From Bacteroidales bacterium (lineage in GTDB: Bacteria; Bacteroidota; Bacteroidia; Bacteroidales; WCHB1-69), in contig JAFYAW010000017.1 in NCBI GenBank assembly GCA_017540505.1, positions 6,476 through 70,475 on the forward strand: 64,000 nucleotides of DNA, read 5' to 3'. The translations under genes were made by a program, and so were the position numbers. How positions within the stretch are numbered: the stretch's first letter is position 1; each line of letters starts with the position of its first letter. The notes below the pieces were generated by a model. It was not told the DNA's origin. It did no database searches and saw only the letters and a list, made by a program, of their open reading frames with translations. This document shows, in pieces, positions 19,014 to 28,475 of the stretch.

Positions 19014-20591
19014 ATGAAGAAAACATTGACAATTAACCTGAATGGATGTGTGTTCAACATTGATGAGGATGCCTATCAGGCGCTTCGCCAGTATCTGGAG
19101 GACCTGGGACGGCATTTCACCCCGGAGGAACGCGATGAGATTTTGAAGGACATCGAAGCCCGCATCGCGGAGCTGCTGACCGAAAAGATGGCCAATCGCA
19201 ACGTGGTGGAAATGAGTGATGTGCAGGATGTGATGGACACGCTGGGCCAGCCCAGCCAGTTTGGCGACGAGGAGGAATCCAACACTGCGACAACCACGGA
19301 AGAGACCGTCCCCAATGAAGTTCCCGGCGCAAGAAAGCGATACCGCAAGCTCTATCGTGACACGGAAAACAAGTGGATTGGAGGTGTATGCAGCGGATTG
19401 GCCGCCTATTTGGACTGGGATCCAACGGTTTTGCGTATTATCTTTTTGATAGTGTTTGTGTTGGGAATAGGTAGTCCGCTCTTTATTTATATTTTGTTGT
19501 GGATTTTTATGCCGGAGGCAAAATCGGTGGCTCAGCAGTTGGAAATGCGAGGTGTGGAGCCTAATGTGGATAATATACGGAATTTCTCTGCCAGGGAAGA
19601 TATCAGCCAGCCGAGGGATTCGGGCACGATGGGTCGGGTGCTTAAAGTTCTGGCCATCGTGGTGCTGAGCTTGATAGGTTTCAGCCTGTTCACGGCCATC
19701 CTTGGTGTCTTCACCGCGGCGGTGATGGTCGGTTTCCACCTGATCCCGTGGGTTACGGCGGGCGTGAACGAGGTGGCGCTGCTGTTGAGCGTGGCTTTGT
19801 TCCTGCTCTGTCCATCCATCGCCATCGTCATGTTCTGTATTTATCTGGTGAATGGCAAGAAACCAAAGAACAAGTGGATAGCTTGGATTCTGGCTATCTT
19901 GTGGCTGATCAGCATTGCGGGCATGGTCATCACGGGTGTGCGCACGTATAATAACCGCCAGAACCTGCGCGTGGAGCATTTCTGGGAGGAGGTGGCCCCC
20001 TCCGTGCGGTACACGCCTGTCGTCATGGCGGACGAATGGCGCGACGGTGACACCTTCCATGCGGTGGATGCCGAGAGCGGTGTTGAGGTGCGCTACCGTC
20101 AGGAGGACACCTGCTCCGTTCGTGTGAAAGCACCAGAGGATGGCATCCAGCGTCTGCGTACGGAGGTCCGCAACGGCATTCTCTACATACGGAACGAAAA
20201 CGGTCGTTTAAAAGACGGGTCGATGGTGGTGGAAATCACGGCTCCGTCGCTCGACATCATCAAATTGTCGGATGCCTGCAGTTTCCGTTCCGGACAAGCG
20301 TTGAATCTGCGCAAACTTGATCTTGAGATGGACGAGGCTTCGTCCATCACGCTGGCAGGCCGTATCGACACGCTGAAGGTGAAAGTGGAGGAGGACTCGC
20401 ATGCCGACTTGGAGGCGGTGACGGCCGAGGTGGCCGATGTGCGCGCCACGGAGGAGTCGCATGTGGCCATGGGCATGGTCCGTGACCTGCGCGTGCGTAC
20501 CACGGAGGCGAGCAACGTGACCTACAAGGGCCGCCCCGAACGCTTGTCGATGAGCAGCAGCGATTTCTCCGTTTCCAGATGGGTGGACTGA
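19014..20591 (+). CDS. PspC-domain membrane protein with C-terminal beta-rich (DUF2807/GIN-like) domain
   Basis: 525 aa. KLYRDTENKWIGGVCSGLAAYLDWDPTVLRIIFLI is the PspC domain. It is followed by several TM helices and a C-terminal repetitive beta region. It starts 11 nt after padR. Confidence 0.8.
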   Translation: MKKTLTINLNGCVFNIDEDAYQALRQYLEDLGRHFTPEERDEILKDIEARIAELLTEKMANRNVVEMSDVQDVMDTLGQPSQFGDEEESNTATTTEETVPNEVPGARKRYRKLYRDTENKWIGGVCSGLAAYLDWDPTVLRIIFLIVFVLGIGSPLFIYILLWIFMPEAKSVAQQLEMRGVEPNVDNIRNFSAREDISQPRDSGTMGRVLKVLAIVVLSLIGFSLFTAILGVFTAAVMVGFHLIPWVTAGVNEVALLLSVALFLLCPSIAIVMFCIYLVNGKKPKNKWIAWILAILWLISIAGMVITGVRTYNNRQNLRVEHFWEEVAPSVRYTPVVMADEWRDGDTFHAVDAESGVEVRYRQEDTCSVRVKAPEDGIQRLRTEVRNGILYIRNENGRLKDGSMVVEITAPSLDIIKLSDACSFRSGQALNLRKLDLEMDEASSITLAGRIDTLKVKVEEDSHADLEAVTAEVADVRATEESHVAMGMVRDLRVRTTEASNVTYKGRPERLSMSSSDFSVSRWVD

Positions 20592-20608
20592 TTTCACTCA
20601 AAACCTAT

Positions 20609-20635
20609 AAACATATTGTACATTTTAATATGTTT
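20609..20635. terminator. AT-rich hairpin between convergent pspC-like and chromate transporter genes
   Basis: AAACATATT-gtacatttt-AATATGTTT, a 9-bp stem. Confidence 0.4.
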
Positions 20636-20664
20636 GGATTAAATGAATAGCCGGAAATGGTAAA

Positions 20665-21246
20665 CTAAAAGATGCCGTAAACCACCAATCCGGCCAAGCC
20701 GCTGAGGAGAATAAGCAGGATAGGACTGGCTTTGAATTTGATGGAAGCCATGAACACTGCGATGAAGATGCCGATGCTGACGAAGAATTGTAACGGCGCG
20801 GTTTGGTACGACCCGAAGGTCTCGGTTGAGACCATCAGCAGGGCGGCGGCGGCAATCAGGCCCACAATGGCGACCCGCAGCAGGGATAAGGTGGTGGCTA
20901 CAATCGGGTTGTCCTTATGTTTCATCAGCAGCTTGCATACGACGAGCATCATGATGACTGGTAGCAGGATGGTGGCCAGCGAGGCGGTCAATGCACCGAG
21001 GACGCCCATCCATTCCGGATAGCCCGCGTTGACCACGGCAGTATAGCCCGTGTAGGTGGCGGTGTTGATGCCCACAGGTCCGGGCGTGATCTGCGAGGTG
21101 GCCACGATGTCGGTGAACTCCTGCGTGGTGAGCCAGCCCTTATCCTCCACCACGTCGTGCTGGATGAGGGCAATGGTAGCCAGACCTCCGCCGAAGCTGA
21201 AGACGCCGATTTTCAGGAATGTGAAAAACAGTCGCAGGAAAATCAT
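20665..21246 (-). CDS. Chromate transporter family protein (short-chain CHR, second half)
   Basis: The internal start MIFLRLFFTFLKIGVFSFGGGLATIALIQ gives the CHR signature (FGGG, TPGP). The ATG overlaps the upstream partner's stop (ATGA at 21243-46). Confidence 0.85.
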   Translation of the reverse strand: MIFLRLFFTFLKIGVFSFGGGLATIALIQHDVVEDKGWLTTQEFTDIVATSQITPGPVGINTATYTGYTAVVNAGYPEWMGVLGALTASLATILLPVIMMLVVCKLLMKHKDNPIVATTLSLLRVAIVGLIAAAALLMVSTETFGSYQTAPLQFFVSIGIFIAVFMASIKFKASPILLILLSGLAGLVVYGIF

Positions 21247-21794
21247 GAGGAAACCTCCTTTCTGTTTGTCAGATAGCCGTAGAGACTGCCGCCGAGTATG
21301 GTGGCCAGCACAATCCACACGGGCGACACGCCGAGCAGATAGATGAGCAGGCATGCCACAAGGGGAATCCAGCAGTTGCGCAGGTTGATGCGGGCGGTGC
21401 GTGCGAGGTTGAACACCGGTGCGGCAATCAGCGCTACCACGGCGGGACGTATGCCCTTGAACACGGCCTCGAACAGGGCGTTGTCACGAAGCTGCCGGAA
21501 GCCAATGGCCAGACACAGAATGATGGCGATGGGCATCAGGATGTTGCCGGCGATGGCGGTCAACGTGCCGGGAATGCCTCGCAAACGGTAGCCGATACTC
21601 GTGGCCATGTGAACGGCGAAGATGCCGGGCAACGCCTGCGATACGGCCATGAGGTCCAGAAACTCCTCCCGGTCCAACCAATGGCGATTGTCCACCAACT
21701 CCTTCTCCATCAGCGGAATCATGGCATAGCCGCCTCCGATGGTGAAGGTTCCGATTTTGAAAAATGACCAGAAAAGTTGATGCAGTCGGACCAT
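21243..21794 (-). CDS. Chromate transporter family protein (short-chain CHR, first half)
   Basis: MVRLHQLFWSFFKIGTFTIGGGYAMIPLME is the CHR motif. Start 21794 is preferred because a -7 box (TAAATTTG on the minus strand) lies between it and the track's upstream ATG 21842. Confidence 0.8.
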   Translation of the reverse strand: MVRLHQLFWSFFKIGTFTIGGGYAMIPLMEKELVDNRHWLDREEFLDLMAVSQALPGIFAVHMATSIGYRLRGIPGTLTAIAGNILMPIAIILCLAIGFRQLRDNALFEAVFKGIRPAVVALIAAPVFNLARTARINLRNCWIPLVACLLIYLLGVSPVWIVLATILGGSLYGYLTNRKEVSS

Positions 21795-21945
21795 AATTTT
21801 TAACGGCCACAAAAATACAAATTTAATGGGGTGGTGGGACACCGGATGGAAATGCTATATGCTGAACTTTTTTTTGTATATTGCGCCGCTTTTTTAGAAT
21901 GACAAGGCGGCCTTTCTTGAAAAGGCTATAATTGACTGATATATT

Positions 21946-23064
21946 ATGACTTGTAAAAAAATATTCCGAATATTGCCCATCGCTGTCATGGCGGTTTTAT
22001 GCTCCTTTTTTCCCATTTCCGGAAATGCTGCCGACGATTCCGGCGACGGTTTCCAGGCGGGACCGTTCATTATCGACCACGTGACGGACAGTTACGGCTG
22101 GCACATCTGCGGCGATGGCGACAAGAGCGTGACCATCCCGCTGCCCATCATCTTGTTTGATGGCGGTCGCCCAGTGGTATTCATGTCCGGCAAGTTCCAT
22201 CACGGCCATGCGGCCTATAAAGGCTATGCGTTGGGCTGGGGCGACCAGAAGGGCTCCATCGTGAAGCTGGCGGATGACTATACGGGCCATTTGGAGGAGG
22301 GTGGTAATTATGCGGTGGATCATGTGTGCAAGTGGAATATTTCCATCACCAAAAATGTGTGTGCCCTCTTCATCTCGTTGATTCTCATTGCCTGGATTTT
22401 CCTTTCGGTGGCCAAGCAGTACAAGCAGCGGCCCAACCAGGCTCCACGGGGGATGCAGGCGCTAGTGGAACCCGTGATCGTGTTCCTGCAGGATGAAGTC
22501 ATCCATCCTTCTTTGGGGAAAAATGCGGACAAATATGCCCCGTATCTCCTTACGCTCTTCTTCTTCATCTTGTTGAACAACCTGATGGGGCTCATCCCGA
22601 TATTCCCGGGTGGTGCCAACCTGACGGGCAATATCGCCGTCACAGGCATCTTGGCGCTGATCACCTTTTTCATTACGACGTTTTCCGCCGGCAAGGAGTA
22701 CTGGGTGGACATTTTCAACACGCCGGGCGTGCCATGGTGGCTCAAGCTGCCCGCCCCGATTATGCCGTTTGTGGAGTTGATCGGCATCTTCACGAAGCCT
22801 TTCGTGCTGATGGTCCGTCTTTTCGCCAACATCACCGCCGGCCATATCATCGTGTTGGGTTTCATATCTTTGATTTTCATCTTCGGGCAGATGGCGCCCG
22901 CCCTCGGCTATGGCGTGTCGGTGGTCTCCATCTTCTTCTATATCTTCATGGGCTGTCTGGAACTGCTGGTGGCCTTCATCCAGGCGTTTGTCTTCACCCT
23001 GCTGAGCGCCATCTATATCGGAATGGCCTGCGGCCATGAGGAGTCAACGGAATTAGTGAAATAA
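21946..23064 (+). CDS. atpB: F0F1 ATP synthase subunit a
   Basis: 372 aa with the long N-terminal extension typical of Bacteroidota and a C-terminal a-subunit core (LMVRLFANITAGHII...). Confidence 0.9.
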   Translation: MTCKKIFRILPIAVMAVLCSFFPISGNAADDSGDGFQAGPFIIDHVTDSYGWHICGDGDKSVTIPLPIILFDGGRPVVFMSGKFHHGHAAYKGYALGWGDQKGSIVKLADDYTGHLEEGGNYAVDHVCKWNISITKNVCALFISLILIAWIFLSVAKQYKQRPNQAPRGMQALVEPVIVFLQDEVIHPSLGKNADKYAPYLLTLFFFILLNNLMGLIPIFPGGANLTGNIAVTGILALITFFITTFSAGKEYWVDIFNTPGVPWWLKLPAPIMPFVELIGIFTKPFVLMVRLFANITAGHIIVLGFISLIFIFGQMAPALGYGVSVVSIFFYIFMGCLELLVAFIQAFVFTLLSAIYIGMACGHEESTELVK

Positions 23065-23095
23065 ACTTTTTTAACCAATTTTAAATTATACAATT

Positions 23096-23353
23096 ATGTC
23101 AGTATTCACAACATTACTGCAAGCAGCCACAAATTTGGGTATCGGTCAGATGGGCGCCGGAATCGGTGCCGGTCTTGCCGCCATCGGTGCCGGTCTCGGT
23201 ATTGGTAACATTGGCCGTGATGCCATGTCTGCCATCGCCCGCCAGCCGGAAGTGTCCGGTGACATCCGTACCAACATGATCTTGGCCGCCGCTCTTATCG
23301 AGGGTGTCGCCCTGTTCGCCATTGTGGTCTGTCTGCTCATCGCAATTGCGTAA
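23096..23353 (+). CDS. atpE: F0F1 ATP synthase subunit c
   Basis: 85 aa forming a two-helix hairpin, with a GxGxGxG glycine zipper (GAGIGAGLAAIGAGLGIG) and ARQPE...AALIEGVALF. Confidence 0.92.
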   Translation: MSVFTTLLQAATNLGIGQMGAGIGAGLAAIGAGLGIGNIGRDAMSAIARQPEVSGDIRTNMILAAALIEGVALFAIVVCLLIAIA

Positions 23354-23365
23354 GCATTTCAACGT

Positions 23366-23388
23366 CATCCCCGCGGTTGGCGGGGATG
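23366..23388 (+). promoter_or_regulatory. Intra-operon hairpin between atpE and atpF
   Basis: CATCCCCGC-ggttg-GCGGGGATG followed by cgTTGTTTT. It could be a partial terminator or processing site. Confidence 0.5.
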
Positions 23389-23432
23389 CGTTGTTTTAAA
23401 AATTGAATTAAAAAAACACTGTTTAATCATAT

Positions 23433-23927
23433 ATGGAACTCATAAAACCCTCATTCGGACTCATTTTCTGGATGCTTGTCGGCTTCGGCATCCTGTTTTT
23501 CATATTGGCCAAATTCGCCTGGCCGGTCATCACGGGAGGCATTGCCAGCCGCAACAAGAAGATCCAGGACCAGCTGGACGAGGCCGAGCGCGTTCACGCC
23601 GAATTGGAGAACATCAACCAGAAGCACCAGGCTATGCTGGCTGAAGCCAGATCGGAGCGCGACGCCATCCTCAACGAAGCCCGCATGGTGAGCGAGAAAA
23701 TGAAAGAGGAAGCCCTTCTCAAGGCGGAACAGCAGTCGCAGGCCATCATCGAAGATGCCAAGAAGGCCATCAACTACGAGAAACTCAAGGCCATCACGGA
23801 TGTGAAGAACGAGATCGCCAACCTCTCCATTGAGATTGCGGAGAAGGTGATCGGCGAGGAGCTGAAGGACGAGGCCAGACAGAAACAGCTTATTGAAAAG
23901 TGGGTGAAGGATTGCAACCTGAACTAA
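23433..23927 (+). CDS. atpF: F0F1 ATP synthase subunit b
   Basis: 164 aa with a single N-terminal TM helix followed by a long charged helix (typical b subunit). Confidence 0.85.
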   Translation: MELIKPSFGLIFWMLVGFGILFFILAKFAWPVITGGIASRNKKIQDQLDEAERVHAELENINQKHQAMLAEARSERDAILNEARMVSEKMKEEALLKAEQQSQAIIEDAKKAINYEKLKAITDVKNEIANLSIEIAEKVIGEELKDEARQKQLIEKWVKDCNLN

Positions 23928-23963
23928 CCTTCCCCCAACGCATACGCGCTATTCGGGAGAGTT

Positions 23964-26900
23964 ATGGACACAAGACAGACGTATCATGTGAGATTCAAAC
24001 TGGCACTTCTCGTGCTGGTTTCTCTTTTGTGCTCAGGCATCCCGCAACAGGTTCAGGCCCAATTTTATAACGGCTCGCAGCTTACCTTCGGCAAGAACCG
24101 TGTGCAGCACCAGAACTTTAACTGGCAGTACATGCGCGCCGAGCAGTATGACGTGTATTACTATCCCACCGGACGGGCATTGGCACAGTATGTCTTCTAT
24201 AAGGTGCCCGACTACATCCGCGAAATCGAGCATCTTCTGAATTATACCTCCCAGAAGAAAATACAGTTTATCGTCTATAACACGCAAGAGGATTTCCGCG
24301 AGTCCAATTTTGCCTACGATGACGATGATTTTTACAATCAGGGCGGTGTCACCAACGTGTATGGCACCAAGATATACCTTTACTTTGACGGCAACCATGC
24401 CCATCTGGAGCGCATGATCCGCAGCGGCATCATGAACGTGTATGCGCATTGGCTCGTGCAAGGCGCCAGTGTGGGCTCCAACATGACCTACGATTACCTG
24501 ATGGATGTGCCCAATTGGTATTTCAGCGGACTGGCTTCCTATTTCGGGGAGGCTTGGAACAGCGATATCGACTATCATGTCAAGGACGGGATCCTCACCC
24601 AGCGTTACGTCGACTTCGATGAGTTGTCGCCGGTGGATGCCACCTACGCCGGTCATTCGTTCTGGAAGTATGTGGTGGACCTTTATGGGAAAGAGGTGAT
24701 TCCGAAGATTCTGTATAACACCCGTTCTTCCAAGAATATGGAACGAGGTTTCCTGTATGCCACCAAGACACCCTATCGTGTGTTGTTGCTCAACTGGTAC
24801 AAGTACTATTATGTGATGTACCACCCCGACAAGAGCCGCACCATGCCTGTGGGGGACGGTCTGCTCAAGCATCCGCGGTCCGCCCGCCATTACGGGCAGT
24901 TCTGCTTCTCGCCCGATGGCGAATCCCACGCCTACGTGACCAACGAGGCGGGACAGATCCGCGTGTGGCTGAAAACCCCGGCGTGGGACCGGCCCCGCTG
25001 CATCCTGAAACGTTTCCAGAAAACCGAGGACAACCCCGACTACTCCTACCCGTTGCTTTCGTGGCATCCGCAGGGCGACGTGCTGGGTATGACATTTGAG
25101 GACAAGGGACATTGCTATTATTATCCCTATAATCTGGAAAAAAAGAAATGGGAGAAACGGTTTCTGGTGGATGTGGAGAAGATCACCTCCTGGTGCTATG
25201 CCCCCGATGGCAAGATGATGCTGTTTTCCGGCTTTAAAAACGGGCAATCCGACATTTACCTCTACAGCTTCCTGTCGCGCTCGTTCCAGAATCTGACCAA
25301 CGATTTTTACGACGACTACGGTCCTGTGTTTTTGAAAGACCAGCAGCAGATTGTCTTCGCCTCGAACCGGAATAGGGATACTATCGGGCTGAAAGATGAT
25401 TTCATGGAAGCCAACCCGAAACGCTATCCGGAGTTGTACATGTATGATTACTCGAAGAAAAATCCCGAATTGCTCCGGATTACCAATACTCCGTATGCCG
25501 AAGAGTACGGGGTGCAGTTCGTCGGGCCGCAGCAGATTCTCTATCTGAGTGACAAGGATGGTCTGGTCAACCGCTATATGGCCACGTTCGACAGTACCAT
25601 CAGCCGGGTGGATACGGCCGTGCATTACGCCTATTATGCCAAGAGCACGGCGCTGACCGACCGGGCGTACAGCATTGTGGAGCAGGCCTATAATCCAGCC
25701 ACAGGCAAGGTGGCCGACATTTCGCTGGTGGACAAAGTGAAACGCATCTATCTTTCGATAATGAACCCGCTGTTCACGCCGGATGTGTCGCCGTCGGTGT
25801 TCCATAACAAGATACAGCAGGAGGTGGCAGGTGGTGCTGCCGTCAAAAGCGATAGTGTGAAGGCCACCAATTCCAAAACGCACGGTTTTGTGCAGGTCTA
25901 TTCGGACGATACGGGGACGGGTGTTGGGAGTTCGGACAAGTCGGAACGGAAACATCCGGAGTTCTATATCCCCGTGGGTACAGGCTATCGGGTGCAATAT
26001 TCCATCAACAAGGTCATCACGCAGGCCGACTTCAGCTTCCTCAACAACACCTACCAGCAGTTTACGGGTGGCAAGTCGCCCATCTACCTCAATTCTGGCC
26101 TGAACGCCTTGTTTATGCTGGGTATCAATGATCTTTTTGAGGATTACCGGGTGACAGGCGGTTTCCGGATAGGCTTGAACCTGCATAACTACGAGTTCAT
26201 GCTGAGCTATGAGAATCTGGCGCGTCGCCTTGACCGGCAGATTATCCTATACCGGCAGACCATCTCAAGCGAGGCTGGCGAGTATTATATCAAACAGGGC
26301 AACAATACGTTGTTTTACATCTTGAAATACCCGTTCAACAAGCATCATAGTCTTCGGCTGACGCTGAAGGGCCGGTACGAGACGTGTGTGTATGCCTCCC
26401 TGGGCGATGTGTCGCTGCAGATGCCCGACAGTCGCCATGTGTGGGCGGGTGCCCGGTTGGAGTACATTTTCGACTCGTCCAAGGAGCTTTATACCAACCT
26501 GTGGCGTGGCACCAAGCTGAAGATGTTCGCCGAATACGAGCAGCGGGTGGAGCGCGAGACGATGAATCTCTTTGTGGTCGGCCTGGATGCGCGGCGGTCG
26601 TTCAAGCTTTACCGCAACATGACCTTGGCCTTACGTGCCGCTGCCTCCACCAACGTGGGTTCGGCGCGTCTGGTCTATTACATGGGCGGCGTTGACAACT
26701 GGGTGAGGGCTAAGTTCAACAGCGATATCTGGGTGGATCAGACCAAGAATTATGCCTATCAGACGTTGGCCACCAACATGCGCGGTTTCCGGCAGAATAT
26801 CCGCAACGGCACCTCTTTCGTGCTGTTCAGCGGCGAGCTGCGCATCCCCTTCGTGCAGTTGATTGCCGGACGCAAGCTGTCATTTAATTTCTTGAATTCC

Positions 26901-27176
26901 ATGCAGTTCAACTTGTTTGGCGATGTGGGCACGGCGTGGACGGGGTGGACGCCCTACTCCGAGGACAACTGTCTTTATACACGCTATATCTATTCTGGCC
27001 CGATTACCGTGATGGTGAAACGTCAGGTGGACCCGTTTGTGGGCGGGTTCGGTGTGGGACTTCGTTGCTCCCTCTTAGGCTATTTCCTGCGTTTCGATTA
27101 CGCGTGGGGCGTGGAAGATTTCAAGATTGCCAACAAGAAGGGCATGTTCATGTTCTCAATAGGAACGGATTTCTAA
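23964..27176 (+). CDS. Large outer-membrane protein: TolB/PD40-like beta-propeller region plus C-terminal Omp85 (bacterial surface antigen) barrel
   Basis: 1070 aa with a signal peptide. PD40-like blades are SPDGESHAYVTNEAGQIRVW, YAPDGKMMLFSGFKNGQSDIYLY and VFASNRNRD. C-terminal Omp85 motifs are MGGVDNWVR, NMRGF, ELRIPF, FGDVGTAW and GFGVGLR...FRFDYAWG, with a terminal Phe. Confidence 0.7.
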   Translation: MDTRQTYHVRFKLALLVLVSLLCSGIPQQVQAQFYNGSQLTFGKNRVQHQNFNWQYMRAEQYDVYYYPTGRALAQYVFYKVPDYIREIEHLLNYTSQKKIQFIVYNTQEDFRESNFAYDDDDFYNQGGVTNVYGTKIYLYFDGNHAHLERMIRSGIMNVYAHWLVQGASVGSNMTYDYLMDVPNWYFSGLASYFGEAWNSDIDYHVKDGILTQRYVDFDELSPVDATYAGHSFWKYVVDLYGKEVIPKILYNTRSSKNMERGFLYATKTPYRVLLLNWYKYYYVMYHPDKSRTMPVGDGLLKHPRSARHYGQFCFSPDGESHAYVTNEAGQIRVWLKTPAWDRPRCILKRFQKTEDNPDYSYPLLSWHPQGDVLGMTFEDKGHCYYYPYNLEKKKWEKRFLVDVEKITSWCYAPDGKMMLFSGFKNGQSDIYLYSFLSRSFQNLTNDFYDDYGPVFLKDQQQIVFASNRNRDTIGLKDDFMEANPKRYPELYMYDYSKKNPELLRITNTPYAEEYGVQFVGPQQILYLSDKDGLVNRYMATFDSTISRVDTAVHYAYYAKSTALTDRAYSIVEQAYNPATGKVADISLVDKVKRIYLSIMNPLFTPDVSPSVFHNKIQQEVAGGAAVKSDSVKATNSKTHGFVQVYSDDTGTGVGSSDKSERKHPEFYIPVGTGYRVQYSINKVITQADFSFLNNTYQQFTGGKSPIYLNSGLNALFMLGINDLFEDYRVTGGFRIGLNLHNYEFMLSYENLARRLDRQIILYRQTISSEAGEYYIKQGNNTLFYILKYPFNKHHSLRLTLKGRYETCVYASLGDVSLQMPDSRHVWAGARLEYIFDSSKELYTNLWRGTKLKMFAEYEQRVERETMNLFVVGLDARRSFKLYRNMTLALRAAASTNVGSARLVYYMGGVDNWVRAKFNSDIWVDQTKNYAYQTLATNMRGFRQNIRNGTSFVLFSGELRIPFVQLIAGRKLSFNFLNSMQFNLFGDVGTAWTGWTPYSEDNCLYTRYIYSGPITVMVKRQVDPFVGGFGVGLRCSLLGYFLRFDYAWGVEDFKIANKKGMFMFSIGTDF

Positions 27177-28366
27177 AACTCTTCAGGTAGGAATGGTCGT
27201 ACCGCGCGGTCGAAGATGCCGTTGAGGTAGGCGATCATCATGCCGTAGTTGGACACGGGGATGCCGTGTTCGATGGCGGGACGCAGGCGGTTGAGGAGCT
27301 GCCGGTGGGTGATCATGCAGCCGCCGCACTGGATGACCATGGCGTATTGGCGGATGTCGGGAATCTGGTTGAGGCCGGTCACGAAGTCGAAATGCAGTTC
27401 TTTGCCAGTGTGTTGCCGGATCCAGCGGGGCAGCTTGCCGCGTCCGATGTCCTCGCAGGAGGTGCGGTGCGTGCAGGACTCCAGCATGAGGATGCGGTCG
27501 CCGTTGTGTAGCTGGTCGATTTTGGGCGTGCCTTGCAGGTAATGCTCGAAGTCGCCCTTGTGGTGGGCCAGCACGATGCTGAAGCCCGTGAGTGGAACCG
27601 CCTCCGGCACGTCCCGTGCCACGCGGGCGAACATCTGGCTGTCGGTGACCACCAGCGCGGGAATCTCATGGTTGGCCAGCCATCCGGCCACCTTGTCTTC
27701 TTTCAGCACCACGGCAATGGCGTCGTTGTCGAGGATGTCGCGGATGAGCTGCACCTGCGGCAGGATGAGCCGGCCCTCGGGTGCTTCCGAATCGATGGGA
27801 GTGACCAGCACCACGGTGTCGCCTTCCCGGATGATGCCGCCTAACAGGGAGTGCGAGATGTAGGCCGACGGGGGCATCTTGGCCACCACGGCATCCAGCA
27901 TGGCGGCGATGCCGTCACCGGTTTTGGCGCTTACCTCGTACATATTGTCGGCGATGACGCCATCGGTCACGCGTTGCGGCTTCTCCAGGTCGGATTTGTT
28001 GTTGACGATGATGAAGGGGATCTCGTATTCGTGGAACTTGTCCATCAGCATGCGCTCCGGCTGGCCGCACACGTGATTGGTGGTGACGAGGATGGCGAAG
28101 TCGATGGTGGGCAGCACGTCCAAGGTCTTCCGGATGCGTTTCTGCCCGATGGTGCCCTCGTCGTCGATGCCGGCGGTGTCGATGAGGATGACGGGCCCGA
28201 TGCCGAAGATCTCGATGGACTTGCGCACGGGGTCGGTGGTGGTGCCGGCGTGTGGGTCCACGATGGCGATGTCCTGTCCGGTAATCGCGTTGATGAGCGA
28301 GCTTTTGCCGTTGTTGCGTCGCCCGAAGATGCCGATATGCGGTTTGTTTTCTCTACCTTTCATCAT
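27173..28366 (-). CDS. hydF: [FeFe]-hydrogenase H-cluster maturation GTPase HydF
   Basis: From MMKGRENKPHIGIFGRRNNGKSSLINAITGQ..AIV....GTTTDPV (GTPase G1-G3), with the C-terminal cluster-binding motif CTH...EDIGRGKLPRW...QCGGC. Start 28366 follows a -7 box; the track's longer ORF is rejected. Confidence 0.85.
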   Translation of the reverse strand: MMKGRENKPHIGIFGRRNNGKSSLINAITGQDIAIVDPHAGTTTDPVRKSIEIFGIGPVILIDTAGIDDEGTIGQKRIRKTLDVLPTIDFAILVTTNHVCGQPERMLMDKFHEYEIPFIIVNNKSDLEKPQRVTDGVIADNMYEVSAKTGDGIAAMLDAVVAKMPPSAYISHSLLGGIIREGDTVVLVTPIDSEAPEGRLILPQVQLIRDILDNDAIAVVLKEDKVAGWLANHEIPALVVTDSQMFARVARDVPEAVPLTGFSIVLAHHKGDFEHYLQGTPKIDQLHNGDRILMLESCTHRTSCEDIGRGKLPRWIRQHTGKELHFDFVTGLNQIPDIRQYAMVIQCGGCMITHRQLLNRLRPAIEHGIPVSNYGMMIAYLNGIFDRAVRPFLPEEF

Positions 28367-28371
28367 GGCGG

Positions 28372-28379
28372 CAAAAGTA
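28372..28379 (-). promoter_or_regulatory. -7 box (TACTTTTG on the minus strand) 5 nt upstream of the hydF ATG
   Basis: caaaagta on the plus strand is TACTTTTG on the minus strand. The spacing implies a leaderless or near-leaderless mRNA. Confidence 0.4.
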
Positions 28380-28475
28380 CAAAAAATCGGGGAAGATTGT
28401 TTCGTTACAAAATCGTTACAATTGCTGCTCGGCGTGCTGAAAGCACGCAAGCTTTTCTCCCTATCGAATAATACA

